Below, piece after piece: positions 11,331 to 23,306 of a DNA stretch of 64,000 nucleotides (the first letter of the stretch is position 1; the number at the start of each line of letters is the position of its first letter). A model generated the notes under the pieces. The model saw only the letters and a list, made by a program, of their open reading frames with translations, had not been told where the DNA came from and ran no database searches. The stretch covers positions 1 through 64,000 of the forward strand of contig CAWGRK010000007.1 in the NCBI GenBank assembly GCA_963824995.1, written 5' to 3'. The DNA comes from an uncultured Actinomycetes bacterium. GTDB lineage: Bacteria > Actinomycetota > Acidimicrobiia > Spongiisociales > DATADW01. A program made the translations under genes and the position numbers.

Positions 11331-11913
11331 TCACGGTGCCTCGCGCACCTGCACGTCCGAGAATGTGATCTGGGCTGGTCTCCCGCCCAGTCCGGCCACC
11401 GCCTCGCGCGCTTGGACGTTGCTGTAGGTGATCCGTGCGGGTGAAGTACCCAGCCCGGCAACCGCTTCCCTCGCCTGGACGTTGGAGTAGGTGATCCGTG
11501 CGGGTGAAGTACCCAGTCCGGCCACCGCTTCCCGTCGCCTGGACGTTGGAGTAGGTGATCCGTGCGGGTGAAGCACCCAGCCCGGCCACCGCTTCCCTCG
11601 CCTGGACGTTGGAGTAGGTGATCCGTGCGGGTGAGGCACCCAGCCCGGCCACCGCTTCCCGTGCCTGGACGTTGGAGTAGGTGATCCTCCCCGGTTGCCC
11701 AGTCAGCGCCGGAGCCTCACGGATGAACGTCTGGGACTGCGTTATCTCCGCCGCCCGCTCCACCGGCTGCCATTGAGCCCACAGGGCGACGGCCAGACCG
11801 ATGAGCACCGCTGCCACCCCAATCACCCAAAAGGTGACCTGTCGTCCCTGGTTGGCGCTCTCCCGATGGAGAAGCTCCCGCTCGAGTGTCTCTGTCTTCG
11901 CTGTGACAGCCAT
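11331..11913 (-). CDS. Small single-TM protein with tandem 21-aa repeats (ITYSNVQAREAVAGLG[A/T]SPAR); about 193 aa after correcting one extra base near 11534
   Basis: ATG at 11913 with GAGGAGG RBS; TM FWVIGVAAVLIGLAVALWA; joins ORFs 11320..12285 and 11331..11639; terminator downstream. Confidence 0.8.
11334..11686 (-). repeat. 63-bp tandem repeat, five full copies plus one partial degenerate copy
   Basis: Unit approximately GCCTGGACGTTGGAGTAGGTGATCCGTGCGGGTGA(A/G)G(C/T)ACCCAG(C/T)CCGGCCACCGCTTCCC on the + strand. Confidence 0.92.
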
Positions 11914-12009
11914 CGCAACCTCCTCGTCGCTATTCGGCGTCGGGGTCACTTGTACGACAGGCGAATTGCGGATTCCTGGGGATCGGCTTGGCGAGCGGGC
12001 TCTCGGCTC

Positions 12010-12050
12010 ACAAAGCCGGCTCCAAGAGTCCTTAAAGCGCCTCAAGTGAG
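12010..12050. promoter_or_regulatory. Putative SARP/OmpR-type operator: (A/C)AAG direct repeats at 11-bp spacing in the divergent intergenic region
   Basis: ACAAAGCCGGC TCCAAGAGTCC TTAAAGCGCCT CAAG; AAG ends at 12015, 12026, 12037 (fourth at 12046). Confidence 0.4.
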
Positions 12051-12103
12051 ACTCCCGACCTGTGGACGACTGGTCGAGCGCCGAACCTGCGAGAATTGGC
12101 GGC

Positions 12104-15100
12104 GTGGAGTACCGGGTTCTGGGACCGCTCAGCGCGGTCCAATCCGGGGAGGCGAGAGCGCTCGGGGGCCCTCGGCAAAGGATGGTGCTGGCCGTTTTGC
12201 TCGCCAGCGCCAACAAAGTCGTCTCCCAAGACGCCCTGATCGAAGCGGTGTGGGCGGGGGAGCCACCGGAGGCGGCGAAGGCCACGCTGCATAGCTACGT
12301 CTCGCTGCTTCGCAAGGAGCTTGGGGGGGAGATCGCCCGGGAGGGTGACGGCTACCGGGTGGTGGTCGAAGACGATTCGCTCGACGCCCTTCATTTCGAG
12401 CGGCTGGTCATCGATGGCCGGAAAGAGCTCGGCTCCGATCCGGCTTCCGCCCTCGCCACGCTCCAGGAAGCACTCGAGCTGTGGCACGGCTTGCCCTACG
12501 GTGACTTGAGCGGGGCACCGGCGCTGATGGCCGAGGTCTCCCGTCTCGACGAGTTGCGTGTCACCGCGGTGGAGAGCAGGGTCGAAGCCGCCCTGGCGGT
12601 GGGGAACCATGCCTCTGTTGTCGGCGAGTTGGAGACCCTGGTCAGGGAGTATCCCTACAGGGAGCGACTTCGTGGCCTCCAGATGCTCGCCCTATACCGC
12701 TCGGGCCGCCAGGCTGAGGCGCTCCGCGCCTACCAACGGGCCCGCACCCTGCTCGGTGAGGAATTGGGCATCGAGCCTTCGCCGGAACTGCGCGACCTCG
12801 AACAGCGGATTCTCGAGCAGGACGCCGGACTCGACTTCGTCGCGGATACGACGAGTCTCCGTCTGCGGAGACAGATCCCACCGAACTCGAGACGGGTCGG
12901 ACGGTCCGCGGCTACGAACTGCGCGAACAGATCGGGGAGGGGGATTTCGGATACGTCTACCGGGCCTATCAGCCGTCGGTGGGCCGCGAGGTTGCGATCA
13001 AGGTGATCCGACCCGAATACGTCAACAGGTCGGACTTCCTCATGCGCTTCGAGGCCGAGGCCCAACTGATCGCCCAGTTGGAGCACCCCCATATCGTCGG
13101 GTTGCTCGACTACTGGCGGGATCCCGAGGGCGCCTACCTCGTCATGCCGCTGCTCCGGGGCGGGAGCCTGGCCGAAGCGCTGAGGCTCGGACCCTGGAAC
13201 CTGGGGGCGGCGCTCCAGCTACTGGACGAGGTTGGCGCCGCCCTGGGTTATGCCCACCGCCGCGGGCTGATCCACCGTGACATCAAGCCGGGCAACATCC
13301 TCCTCGACGAGGAGGGCAACGCCTACCTGGGGGACTTCGGGATCGCCCTCCGGCTCATCGACCCGGCCGGGACGCCGATCACATCGTCGCTCTCCTACCT
13401 CCCCCCTGAAGAGACCCGTGGCGAACAGCTCACCCAGGAAGCAGACATCTTCAGCCTCGGCGTGCTGGCCTTTCATCTCTTCACCGGTGTGTACCCGGCA
13501 GGCCGCCGCCCCCTGCCGTCGGTTGTGGACGCCCGTCCCGGTCTGCCGTCAGAACTCGATGCAGTGCTGCGCAGGGCTACCGACGATCAGCCGGGCAACC
13601 GGTACGAGAGGGTCGATGACTTCCTGCGTGCGGTGCGACGTGCCGTTGGTACCGACGTGGTGGCGATTGCGGAGACCGACGACGTGACGGCGGCGAGTGG
13701 CGGAGTTCGCAACCCATACAAAGGCCTGCGCTCCTTCGCCGAGACCGATGCCCTCGACTTCCATGGGCGCGACGTTCTGGTCGACGAGTTGCTCCGGGCA
13801 ATCGGCGCCCACCCCGTGGTTGCTGTGGTCGGACCTTCCGGAAGTGGCAAGTCCTCGGTGGTCCGTGCCGGTCTCATTCCCGCCCTGCGGGCAGGTGGGC
13901 TCGGCTCGAAGGACTGGCTGGTCACCGACATGTTTCCCGGTTCATATCCGTTCGAGGAGTTGGAAGCGGCCCTGCATGCGGGTGGCGGTGGAGAGACCAC
14001 CCGAGTGCATCGACGAGTTGATTTCGGATGAGCGCGGGCTGTTGCGGGTCACCAAGCAGATCCTCCCTGCCGACGAGAGCCGTCTGCTTCTGGTGATCGA
14101 TCAATTCGAGGAGTTGTTCTCCGCAGTTGGTGCTGAGGAGACACGCCGGCTCTTTCTCGACAGCCTGGTGACCATCGCCACAGACGAGCGGAGCCGGGTG
14201 CGCGTCGTTCTCACCATGCGCGCCGATTTCTTCGACCGCCCGCTCGAGTACCCCGAGTTCGGCGATCTGATGAGCGCCGGGCTGGTCACGGTGAGCCCGC
14301 CAACCGAGGAGGGGCTGGCGCAGGCGATCGCAGCACCGGCCCGCGCCGTCGGGGTCGATCTGGAGCCGGGGCTTGTGGGGGAGATCATCCGCGATGTGGC
14401 GGACCAGCCCGGCGCGCTTCCCCTCCTCCAATATGCATTGACCGAATTGTTCAACCGTCGCCAGGGGAATCTGCTCACCCTCGACGCCTACCGCTCCACC
14501 GGAGGGGTGGCGGGGGCGCTGGGGCGGAGAGCCGAGGAGTTGTACGAGGGGCTCTCATCCGAGGGGAAGCAAGTCGCCCGTCAGGTCTTTCTCCGGCTGG
14601 TGGCCGTGGACGAACTATCCGGTGACTCCCGTCGCCGGGTACGACAGGCCGAGCTGAAGAGCCTGGCGGTCGATCAAGCGGCGCTCGACACCGTGCTCCG
14701 CCAGTTCGGGTCCTTTCGTCTGCTCTCCTACGACCGGGACCCTGTCACCAGGGGACCGACAGTCGAGGTGGCACACGAGGCGCTGCTCCGGGAATGGGAT
14801 CGTCTGGCCGGTTGGATCGACGCCGAGCGGGAGAACCTCCTCGTCCAGCGGCGCATAGGCGCCACGGCCCGGGAGTGGGCGGACTCGGGCGGCGACCCGG
14901 GTTTTCTCCTCCGTGGCGGTCGGCTGGATCAGGCGGAGCGTTGGGCGCAGAGCACCGACATCGCGCCGTCGGAAGAGGAATCCGAGCTCTTGGAGGCGAG
15001 CCGCCATCTCAGAGATTCTGAGGCCAGGACGGCGAAACGTCGCCGCCGGGTACTGATCGGACTGCTGGCCGGCGGGTTGTCGGTGGCCATCGTGCTCGCC

Positions 15101-17334
15101 GCGCTGGCGTTGTGGCAGCGCGGGCTTGCCCAGGGTGAGGCTCGCCGCGGAGCGGTATACGGGCTTGCCGGGGCGTCGGAATCGGTTCTCGACGAAGACC
15201 CCGAGCTGGCCATTCTCCTGGCGCTCAAAGCGGCAGCCGTGTCGGAAGACGCCGGCGATCCGGTGACACCGGGCACGCTCACCGCTTTGCAGGGCGCGGT
15301 CCAGAACTCGAGGCTGGAGTCGGTAATCGAGGGCGGCTTGTGGGGCGTGGCGGTCAGTTCTGACGGCTCGCTTCTGGCCACGCCCTCCGCCGATAGTGAT
15401 GAGGTCATTATCTGGGACCCAGTCACCGGAGAGAAGCTGAAGACACTCGCCGGCCCGCCCACTCCTGACGCGGTCGAGTTCAGTCCTACCGGCACGCTGC
15501 TTGCGGTGGGGCACGGACCCGGTACAGACAGCGATGAGGGGTCGATAACGGTGTGGGACGCCGAAACCGGTGACGAGGTGGCACGGCTGGCTGCAGGTGA
15601 CGAATGGCCGGTGCCGCACTGGAGCCCCGACGGCACTCTCCTCATCGCCGTCGGCCATGAGGCAACCGAAGAGCGGCCGGTCAGGGTGTGGCAGTCCCCA
15701 TCGATGAATCAGGTCAATTCGTTCCTTCTACCCGGCACCAGTAAGTCGGAGCGCTTTCTCGACCCCATCACGCTGGCGGTGGGACGACCTGGCGACGACC
15801 GCGTCGGTTTCTACGACGTGACCACCGGCGACGAGGTCGAGGACCTGGACATCGACGACATCCCCTAGTGACGACTGCCGCAACCGCCATCGGCGTCGAC
15901 GCGGTAGGTGGCCGGTTGGTGCTGGTGGGCTCCGATACCCAGGTTTGGGACCTCGAGTCAAAGTCGCTCTTATGGAGGGCAAACACCACCGACTTTCCGG
16001 AAGTCGACCCGGCCCGTGGCTGGGTGGCGACATACGGCAACGGGGGAGTGATCAAGGTGCTCGACCTGCAAGACGGATCCGAGATCATGACCCTGGCAGG
16101 GCACCCCGCGGCGGTGAACGACGTCGCCTTCGACCCCACCCGTCAGCAGCTCTACAGCGCCCCTCAGGCCGGAGGAACCCGGATCTGGGACATCACACCT
16201 GCTGGACCGACGGGTTCGGGTGTGATACCCATCGACTCCGGACAGAACATGTCGACCTCCCCGGGACCCGTTCATATGGTTGTGTCTCCAGACGGGAGCG
16301 AGGTGGCCGATCACCACGGGCGGTGGCAAGATCACCCGGTACGCATCCGGCAGCGGTGCAATCCTGGGCTCGGTAGACGGGGCGATGAACTGGTTTCTCC
16401 CGGCACCGGTGAGCCCGGATTGGCGGTTGCTCGCCGTGGTCCCGCCGGACCTCGTCCCCGGCACGGGCGAACCGCTCCCCGTAGCGTCGATCGAACACCT
16501 GACAACCGGCGAACCGGTCGACCAACTCCCCCCATGCGTCTGGCCAAAGGGTTTCAGCAGCGATGGTGCGATGCTGGTGCTCGATGGCGGCGAGACTTCA
16601 TCCCTTCTGCCGCAGTGCTCACCCGAAGACGTCGCGGCCGATATCGACCTGCGATCGAGGGTGATCGACGTCCTCACCGGGGAAGTGCTGCTCGATTTGG
16701 GCGACCGGGAGCTGGTGGGCCATGCGCTGTTCAACCCGCCCGGGGTCTTCGAAGCCGACCGTTACCTGGCGGTCAACGTCAGCTTCTATCACGGTCGAGA
16801 TCCACGACATGGTCACCGGTGAAATGGTCGCCGAGATCTCTTTCGAAGGAGGAGACGAGATCCCGCTGTCCTTGGCATTCGACCCCACTGGTCAATACCT
16901 CGCCACCGGAGGGCAGAACGGCCACGCCTGGGTGGTGGATGTCAAAGCGTTGGTCGGGGGCGCATCGGTCGAGGAGGCGATGGTCTTGTTCGAGGAGGTG
17001 GGCAGCGGCGGGGTCGCGCAAGTCGCCCTTGGACCGGATGGTGTTCTCGCCACGGCGGCCCACGACCCGAACATACGGCTGTGGGACATCCACAGCGGCC
17101 AGATGCTCCACGAATTGGCCAAGACGCCCGACGTCCCTCGTCCGGTGGCATTCGGTCCGGATGGCGAACTGCTCTACATCGACGGCAACATGGAACGAGG
17201 GCCATGTGGTGCGGACCTTCCTCCTCGATGCAGATCGGATGATCGACCTGGCCGAGAGCAGGGTGACCAGGAATCTCACCGAGGAAGAGTGCGAGCGCTA
17301 CCTCCCCGACAGCAACCTGGTCAGTTGCCCGTAG
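12104..17334 (+). CDS. Large multidomain regulator: wHTH + BTAD (SARP) + Ser/Thr kinase + STAND (nSTAND1-like) NTPase + TM + WD40 propellers; about six apparent indels
   Basis: MEYRVLGPL...ALYRSGRQAEALRAY...ELGIEPSPEL (SARP); GEGDFGYVY, VAIK, HRDIKPGN, DFG (kinase); NPYKGL, GPSGSGKSS, LVIDQFEELF, GALPLLQYAL, EVAHEALLREW (STAND); TM VLIGLLAGGLSVAIVLAALALW; WD repeats; C-terminus RVTRNLTEEECERYL; frame changes near 12890, 13975, 15865, 16310, 16790, 17190. Confidence 0.85.
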
Positions 17335-17349
17335 CCGAGCAGCGACAGG

Positions 17350-17738
17350 GATCAGCCCGACGAGGGACGCCATCTCCAGACTCGGGATGTCCTCAAAGTC
17401 GGCGACGTTCAAGCTCCACAGCTTTGCTTCGCGGACAATGGCGTGAGCCGCAATCGCCAAGTCGAGCTCGCGTCCCCGTGGGCCGGTTCACTTGTCGATA
17501 GAGGCGGGACGCCTCCAGAGCCTCCTCGACCCCGAATGGTAGGGCGTGCTCATGCGGGAAGAGAGCCTCCTGCGCGGCCAGCTCCTCCTCGCGTCGTGGT
17601 CCACGCCACCACTCGTAGAGGACTACTGCCGGGAGGAGCAAGCCTCTCGCCGGCGGCGATGAGCTGCCTCAGCCGGCCGGATGAGCGCTTCGGACCGGTG
17701 AGGCTGTCGATCAGGGCCGATGTGTCGACGATGGTCAT
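17350..17738 (-). CDS. PIN-domain toxin (VapC family); apparent indels, 3' end approximate
   Basis: MTIVDTSALID...VLYEWWRG...DLAIAAHAIVREAKLWSLNVADFEDIPSL assembled from three frames. Confidence 0.75.
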
Positions 17739-18032
17739 GCTGGCGATGACCTTGAGCTCTGCCTGCCCCCCTGGCGGCGGCTGCGCCGTAATGCGGCCAA
17801 CTCCTCGTCTGCCTCGGATAGCCGGTCGAGCCGGGATCGCCGGCACGAACTCGTCGAAGGCCTGGAGCAATCGCCTACGTTCGGCTTCGCTCAGGCGCCC
17901 CAACCGCTCGGCATATTCCTGTATCGCATCACGCACCACCTCGCTCTTCGGCTTGCGTAGTGCATCGGCGGTTTGGCTGAGCCGAGTTGCGGTGGCCTCG
18001 TCGAGACTGAAGGTCATCTTGACCGAAGCCAT
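17735..18032 (-). CDS. Ribbon-helix-helix (CopG-like) antitoxin; one apparent indel near 17820
   Basis: MASVKMTFSLDEAT...KPKSEVVRDAIQEY; corrected frame ends in a TGA overlapping the PIN gene ATG (ATGA). Confidence 0.75.
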
Positions 18033-18056
18033 ACTCAGGCCATAATACCATACTGA

Positions 18057-19592
<1,536 letters not shown>

Positions 19593-19608
19593 TGCGTTCG
19601 CTCCTTGA

Positions 19609-19729
19609 GACGGAAGACGGAAGTGCTCGGCCGGGTCAGCCGGTGAGGCCGCCCGGCCCAGTAAGCGCCAGACCGTGTCGGGGTGGTGTCTTTGCTTCCG
19701 ACTTCCGCCTTCCGACTCCCGACCGCCGA
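19609..19729. repeat. Inverted pair of family A heptamer arrays (19609-19623 and 19695-19729) bracketing a GGCCGGG/CCCGGCC hairpin in the ilvC-leuA spacer
   Basis: GACGGAA x2 on +; CTTCCG(A/C)-type x5 on +; hairpin 19629-19658. Confidence 0.75.
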
Positions 19730-19736
19730 AGGCTGC

Positions 19737-20741
19737 TCATGGAGCGTCCTGAGGCGTCAAGAACGGCATCATCTGTCGCAGCTCGCGGCCGACCTGCTCG
19801 ATGGGTTGCTCGCGCTCGGCGGCGCGGTTCTCGAGGAGGAAGGGGGCGCCCTCGCGCGCCTGTGCCATCCATTCCCGGGCGAATGCGCCGGAGCGCACCT
19901 CTTCGAGGATGCGTCGCATCTCGGCCCGGGTCTCATCGGTGACGATCCGGTTGCCCCGGGTGTAGTCGCCGTATTCGGCGGTGTCGGACACCGAGTACCG
20001 CATCCAGGAGAGGCCGCCCTCGTAGAGGAGGTCCACGATCAGCTTCAACTCGTGGAGGGTCTCGAAGTAGGCGGACTCTGGCTGGTAACCCGCCTCGACC
20101 AGTGTGTCGTACGAGGCCTTGATCAGGGCGGAGATCCCACCGCACAGGATGACCTGCTCACCGAAGAGGTCGGTCTCGGTCTCTTCGGCGAATGTCGTCC
20201 CCAGCACCCCGGCCCTGGTCCCTCCGATGCCCCATGCATAGGAGAGCCCGAGGTCGTGTGCCTTCCCCGTTGCGTCCTGGTGGACGGCGAGCAGGCAGGG
20301 GACGCCGGATCCCTCGGTGTAGGTGCGACGCACCAGGTGTCCGGGTCCCTTGGGCGCCACCATCACCACGTCGACGTCCTCTGGCGGCTGGATCTCGCCG
20401 AAGTGGATGTTGAACCCGTGGGCGAAGAAGAGGGCGTCGCCTGCGTCGAGGTTGGGCATGACGTCGGCCCGGTAGATGTCACCCATATGCTGATCGGGAA
20501 CCAGGAGCATCACCAGATCACAAGACGCTGCGGCATCGGCGGGGGTGGTGACGCGCAGCCCTGCTTCTTCGGCGGCGGCTGCGCTGGCGGAGCCGGCCCG
20601 GAGGCCGACGTTCACCTCGACACCCGACTCGGTGAGGTTGAGCGCATGGGCATGCCCCTGGCTGCCGTACCCGATCACCGCTACCCGCCTGCCGCGGATG
20701 ATCGACGGGTCGGCGTCGCCGTCGTACCAGATGGTTGCCAT
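19737..20741 (-). CDS. ilvC: Ketol-acid reductoisomerase
   Basis: [37 protein letters not shown]. Confidence 0.97.
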   Translation of the reverse strand: MATIWYDGDADPSIIRGRRVAVIGYGSQGHAHALNLTESGVEVNVGLRAGSASAAAAEEAGLRVTTPADAAASCDLVMLLVPDQHMGDIYRADVMPNLDAGDALFFAHGFNIHFGEIQPPEDVDVVMVAPKGPGHLVRRTYTEGSGVPCLLAVHQDATGKAHDLGLSYAWGIGGTRAGVLGTTFAEETETDLFGEQVILCGGISALIKASYDTLVEAGYQPESAYFETLHELKLIVDLLYEGGLSWMRYSVSDTAEYGDYTRGNRIVTDETRAEMRRILEEVRSGAFAREWMAQAREGAPFLLENRAAEREQPIEQVGRELRQMMPFLTPQDAP

Positions 20742-20763
20742 TTCGCTCAGCCTCGCTTCTCGT

Positions 20764-21267
20764 TTATCCGACCGCTCGCAACTTGCCCCCCTTGACCTTT
20801 GGCTCGCGGGCCACTGCGATCCTCCCCGACTTGACCAGGTCGACGATCCCGTACGGCCGGACCAGGTCGAGGAAGTCGTTGACCTTTTCCGGGCTCCCCG
20901 CCACCTGGAAGGCTATAGAGGCCGGTCCGACGTCCACCGTCACCGCCTTGAAGATGGCGGCGACCTCGAGCGCCTCGCCCCTCTTGCCCGGCGGTGTGGA
21001 GACCCGGACCAGCATGATCTCCCGCTCGACCGACGACTCGGGGGCAAGCTCGGTTATCCGGACCACGTTGATCAGCTTGTGAAGCTGCTTCTTCACCTGC
21101 TCCAACTCGGGGGCGTCGACCACGATGGTCATCCGTGACATCCCCTCCTCGGCGGCGGGACCGACCGCCAGCGAGTGGATGTTGAACCCCCTCCTCGCCA
21201 GCAACGAAGCGATCCGAGCCAGCACCCCTGGCTTGTCCTCCACGAGCACCGAAAGGATGTGGTGCAT
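20764..21267 (-). CDS. ilvN: Acetolactate synthase small (regulatory) subunit
   Basis: [38 protein letters not shown]. Confidence 0.95.
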   Translation of the reverse strand: MHHILSVLVEDKPGVLARIASLLARRGFNIHSLAVGPAAEEGMSRMTIVVDAPELEQVKKQLHKLINVVRITELAPESSVEREIMLVRVSTPPGKRGEALEVAAIFKAVTVDVGPASIAFQVAGSPEKVNDFLDLVRPYGIVDLVKSGRIAVAREPKVKGGKLRAVG

Positions 21268-21288
21268 CAGGCGGACCTCCGGCTCGCC

Positions 21289-21378
21289 GTACTTAGTACT
21301 GAGTACTTAGTACCTAGAACGAGTGGCGAGCGCCGCTCGGGCATTCTGGCTGCCGTCCGCCGTCCGCCGTCCGCCGTC
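21289..21378. repeat. Family B (GTACT(T/G)A-type, 21289-21317) and family A (CGCCGTC x4, 21351-21378) heptamer arrays in the ilvB-ilvN spacer
   Basis: Read directly; small hairpin CGAGTGGC/GCCGCTCG between them. Confidence 0.88.
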
Positions 21379-21382
21379 CTTG

Positions 21383-23107
21383 TCATGGAAGATCGCTCGC
21401 TGATTCGACACCCAAGGCGGTTCCTTCGAGCCCGAGGATGACGTCGTCGTTGGACCCACCGGCGGGGACCATGGGGAAGACCATCTCATCGGGGTCCACC
21501 ACGAACTCGACCACCACCGGGCGGTCGTCCACCGCCAGCGACTTCTCGATGGCTGGGGCGACTTCATCGGGTGTCTCTGCCCGGAGCCCGACACAGCCCA
21601 TCGCCTCTGCCAGCTTGGGGTAGTCGAGCTTGTCTCCCAGCAGACTGGCGGAGAGCCGCCCACCGTAGAAGAGCTTCTGCCACTGCTTGACCATGCCGTG
21701 GGCGCCGTTGTTGATCACGGCGACCTTGATCGGGATCTCTTCGGTGGCGGCGGTGATCAACTCCTGGAGGGTCATCTGGAAACATCCGTCGCCGTCGATG
21801 GCGTAGACCAGCTCGTCGGGTCGGCCGGCTTTGGCGCCGATCGCCGCCGGGACGGCAAACCCCATGGTCCCTAGCCCTCCCGAGTTGATCCATCGCCGCG
21901 GCTCGGTGAAGCGCCAGAACTGCGATGCCCACATCTGGTGCTGACCGACACCGGCCACCAGGATGGCGTCGCCACCGGTGAGGCGGTGAAGTTCCTCGAC
22001 CACGAATTGGGGTTTGATCGGCCCGTCGGGCCGCTGGTCGTAGTGGAGCGGGTAGCGCCGTTGCCAGCCTGCCAGGGTGTCGAGCCACTCCGACCGGTCG
22101 GGGGTGGGTCGCGTCCCCCATGCCTCGATCAGTTGGACGAGGACTCGTCGGGCGTCGCCAACGATGGGGATGTCCGCCACCCGTACCTTCCCGATCTCCG
22201 CCGGGTCCACGTCGGCATGGATGACCTTGGCACCGGTGGCGAAGCTGGCAGGGTTGCCGGTCACCCGGTCGTCGAACCGGACCCCAATGGCGATCAGCAG
22301 GTCGGCCCGCTGCAGAGCGGTGATGGCGGTGTAGGTGCCGTGCATCCCTGGCATTCCCAGCGCCAACGGGTGATCATCGGGGATGGCACCGCGCCCCATG
22401 AGAGTGGTGGTTACCGGGACACCCGCCAGCTCGGCGAATCTCCTCAACTCGGCGTGGGCGTCCGCCTTGATCACTCCGCCGCCGACATAGAGGACCGGCC
22501 TCTCGGAGGAAGCGATCAACCCGACAGCCTCTTTGATCCGTAGGGGATGACCGTCGCTCGTCGGCTTGTAGCCGGGGAGGTTGAGCGGGGACGGATCGCG
22601 CCATGCCGTTTCGCGGTTGAGGACGTCCTTGGGCACGTCAACCAATACCGGCCCGGGTCGGCCGGTGGCGGCGATGTGGAACGCCTCGTGGACGACGTCT
22701 GGGATGTCCTCGACCTCGGTGACGAAGTAGTTGTGCTTGGTGGCGGGCATGGTGATGCCCGTGGTGTACGCCTCCTGGAAGGCGTCGTTCCCCACGGCGT
22801 GGGTCGGTACCTGCCCGGTGATCGCCACCAGTGGAACCGAGTCGATGAGGGCGTCCGCCAGTGGGGTGACCAGGTTGGTGGCGCCGGGTCCGGACGTGGC
22901 GATGCATACCCCGACCCGGCCGGTGGCCCAGGCGTAGCCCTCTGCCATGTGCCCGGCGCCCTGCTCGTGGCGGGCCAGGATGTGGCGGATAGGGCTGGCC
23001 AGGATGGGGTCGTAGGCGGGGAGGATGGCGCCGCCCGGTACGCCGAACATGACATCGACCCCCTCGTATTCGAGGGCTCTGATCAGGATGTCTGCGCCGG
23101 TGCTCAT
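21383..23107 (-). CDS. ilvB: Acetolactate synthase large subunit
   Basis: [34 protein letters not shown] motif. Confidence 0.96.
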   Translation of the reverse strand: MSTGADILIRALEYEGVDVMFGVPGGAILPAYDPILASPIRHILARHEQGAGHMAEGYAWATGRVGVCIATSGPGATNLVTPLADALIDSVPLVAITGQVPTHAVGNDAFQEAYTTGITMPATKHNYFVTEVEDIPDVVHEAFHIAATGRPGPVLVDVPKDVLNRETAWRDPSPLNLPGYKPTSDGHPLRIKEAVGLIASSERPVLYVGGGVIKADAHAELRRFAELAGVPVTTTLMGRGAIPDDHPLALGMPGMHGTYTAITALQRADLLIAIGVRFDDRVTGNPASFATGAKVIHADVDPAEIGKVRVADIPIVGDARRVLVQLIEAWGTRPTPDRSEWLDTLAGWQRRYPLHYDQRPDGPIKPQFVVEELHRLTGGDAILVAGVGQHQMWASQFWRFTEPRRWINSGGLGTMGFAVPAAIGAKAGRPDELVYAIDGDGCFQMTLQELITAATEEIPIKVAVINNGAHGMVKQWQKLFYGGRLSASLLGDKLDYPKLAEAMGCVGLRAETPDEVAPAIEKSLAVDDRPVVVEFVVDPDEMVFPMVPAGGSNDDVILGLEGTALGVESASDLP

Positions 23108-23135
23108 CGTGGTTCCTCGGTTGGCATTGGGGATG

Positions 23136-23162
23136 AAAAAACCCTCCGGGGCTTCCGGAGGG
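23136..23162 (-). terminator. Attenuator terminator of the ilvB leader
   Basis: CCCTCCGG-AAGCC-CCGGAGGG followed by TTTTTT on the minus strand, just upstream of ilvB. Confidence 0.9.
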
Positions 23163-23196
23163 CATCAGGCGCACACGCCGTTCGTCGGCGTGCGCG

Positions 23197-23226
23197 CTAC
23201 GGGAGTACGAGGATGGTCTGCTTCAT
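23197..23226 (-). CDS. ilvB operon leader peptide MKQTILVLP
   Basis: ATG AAG CAG ACC ATC CTC GTA CTC CCG TAG with an Ile-Leu-Val-Leu run, followed by hairpin GCGCACGCCG/CGGCGTGTGCGC and the terminator. Confidence 0.85.
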   Translation of the reverse strand: MKQTILVLP

Positions 23227-23235
23227 CCGGCTCTC

Positions 23236-23264
23236 AGTATGCGGGATCAGGGGCGGTGTGTCAA
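23236..23264 (-). promoter_or_regulatory. Sigma70-type promoter of the ilv leader
   Basis: TTGACA (23264-23259) - 17 nt - CATACT (23241-23236) on the minus strand. Confidence 0.7.
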
Positions 23265-23266
23265 AG

Positions 23267-23295
23267 GACAAAGAGACAGAAGACGGAAGACGGCA
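23267..23295 (+). repeat. Family A heptamer array (GACAGAA, GACGGAA, GACGGCA)
   Basis: Directly upstream of the ilv -35 box. Confidence 0.7.
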
Positions 23296-23306
23296 GCAAC
23301 GATCAA

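Noticed and set aside
11334..11686. 63-bp repeat array as a CRISPR array
   Set aside because: Units are contiguous with no unique spacers, keep a reading frame with synonymous variation, and no cas genes are present
17550..18032. Natural antitoxin-toxin fusion protein
   Set aside because: One indel restores two normal coupled genes, and indels are common in this sequence
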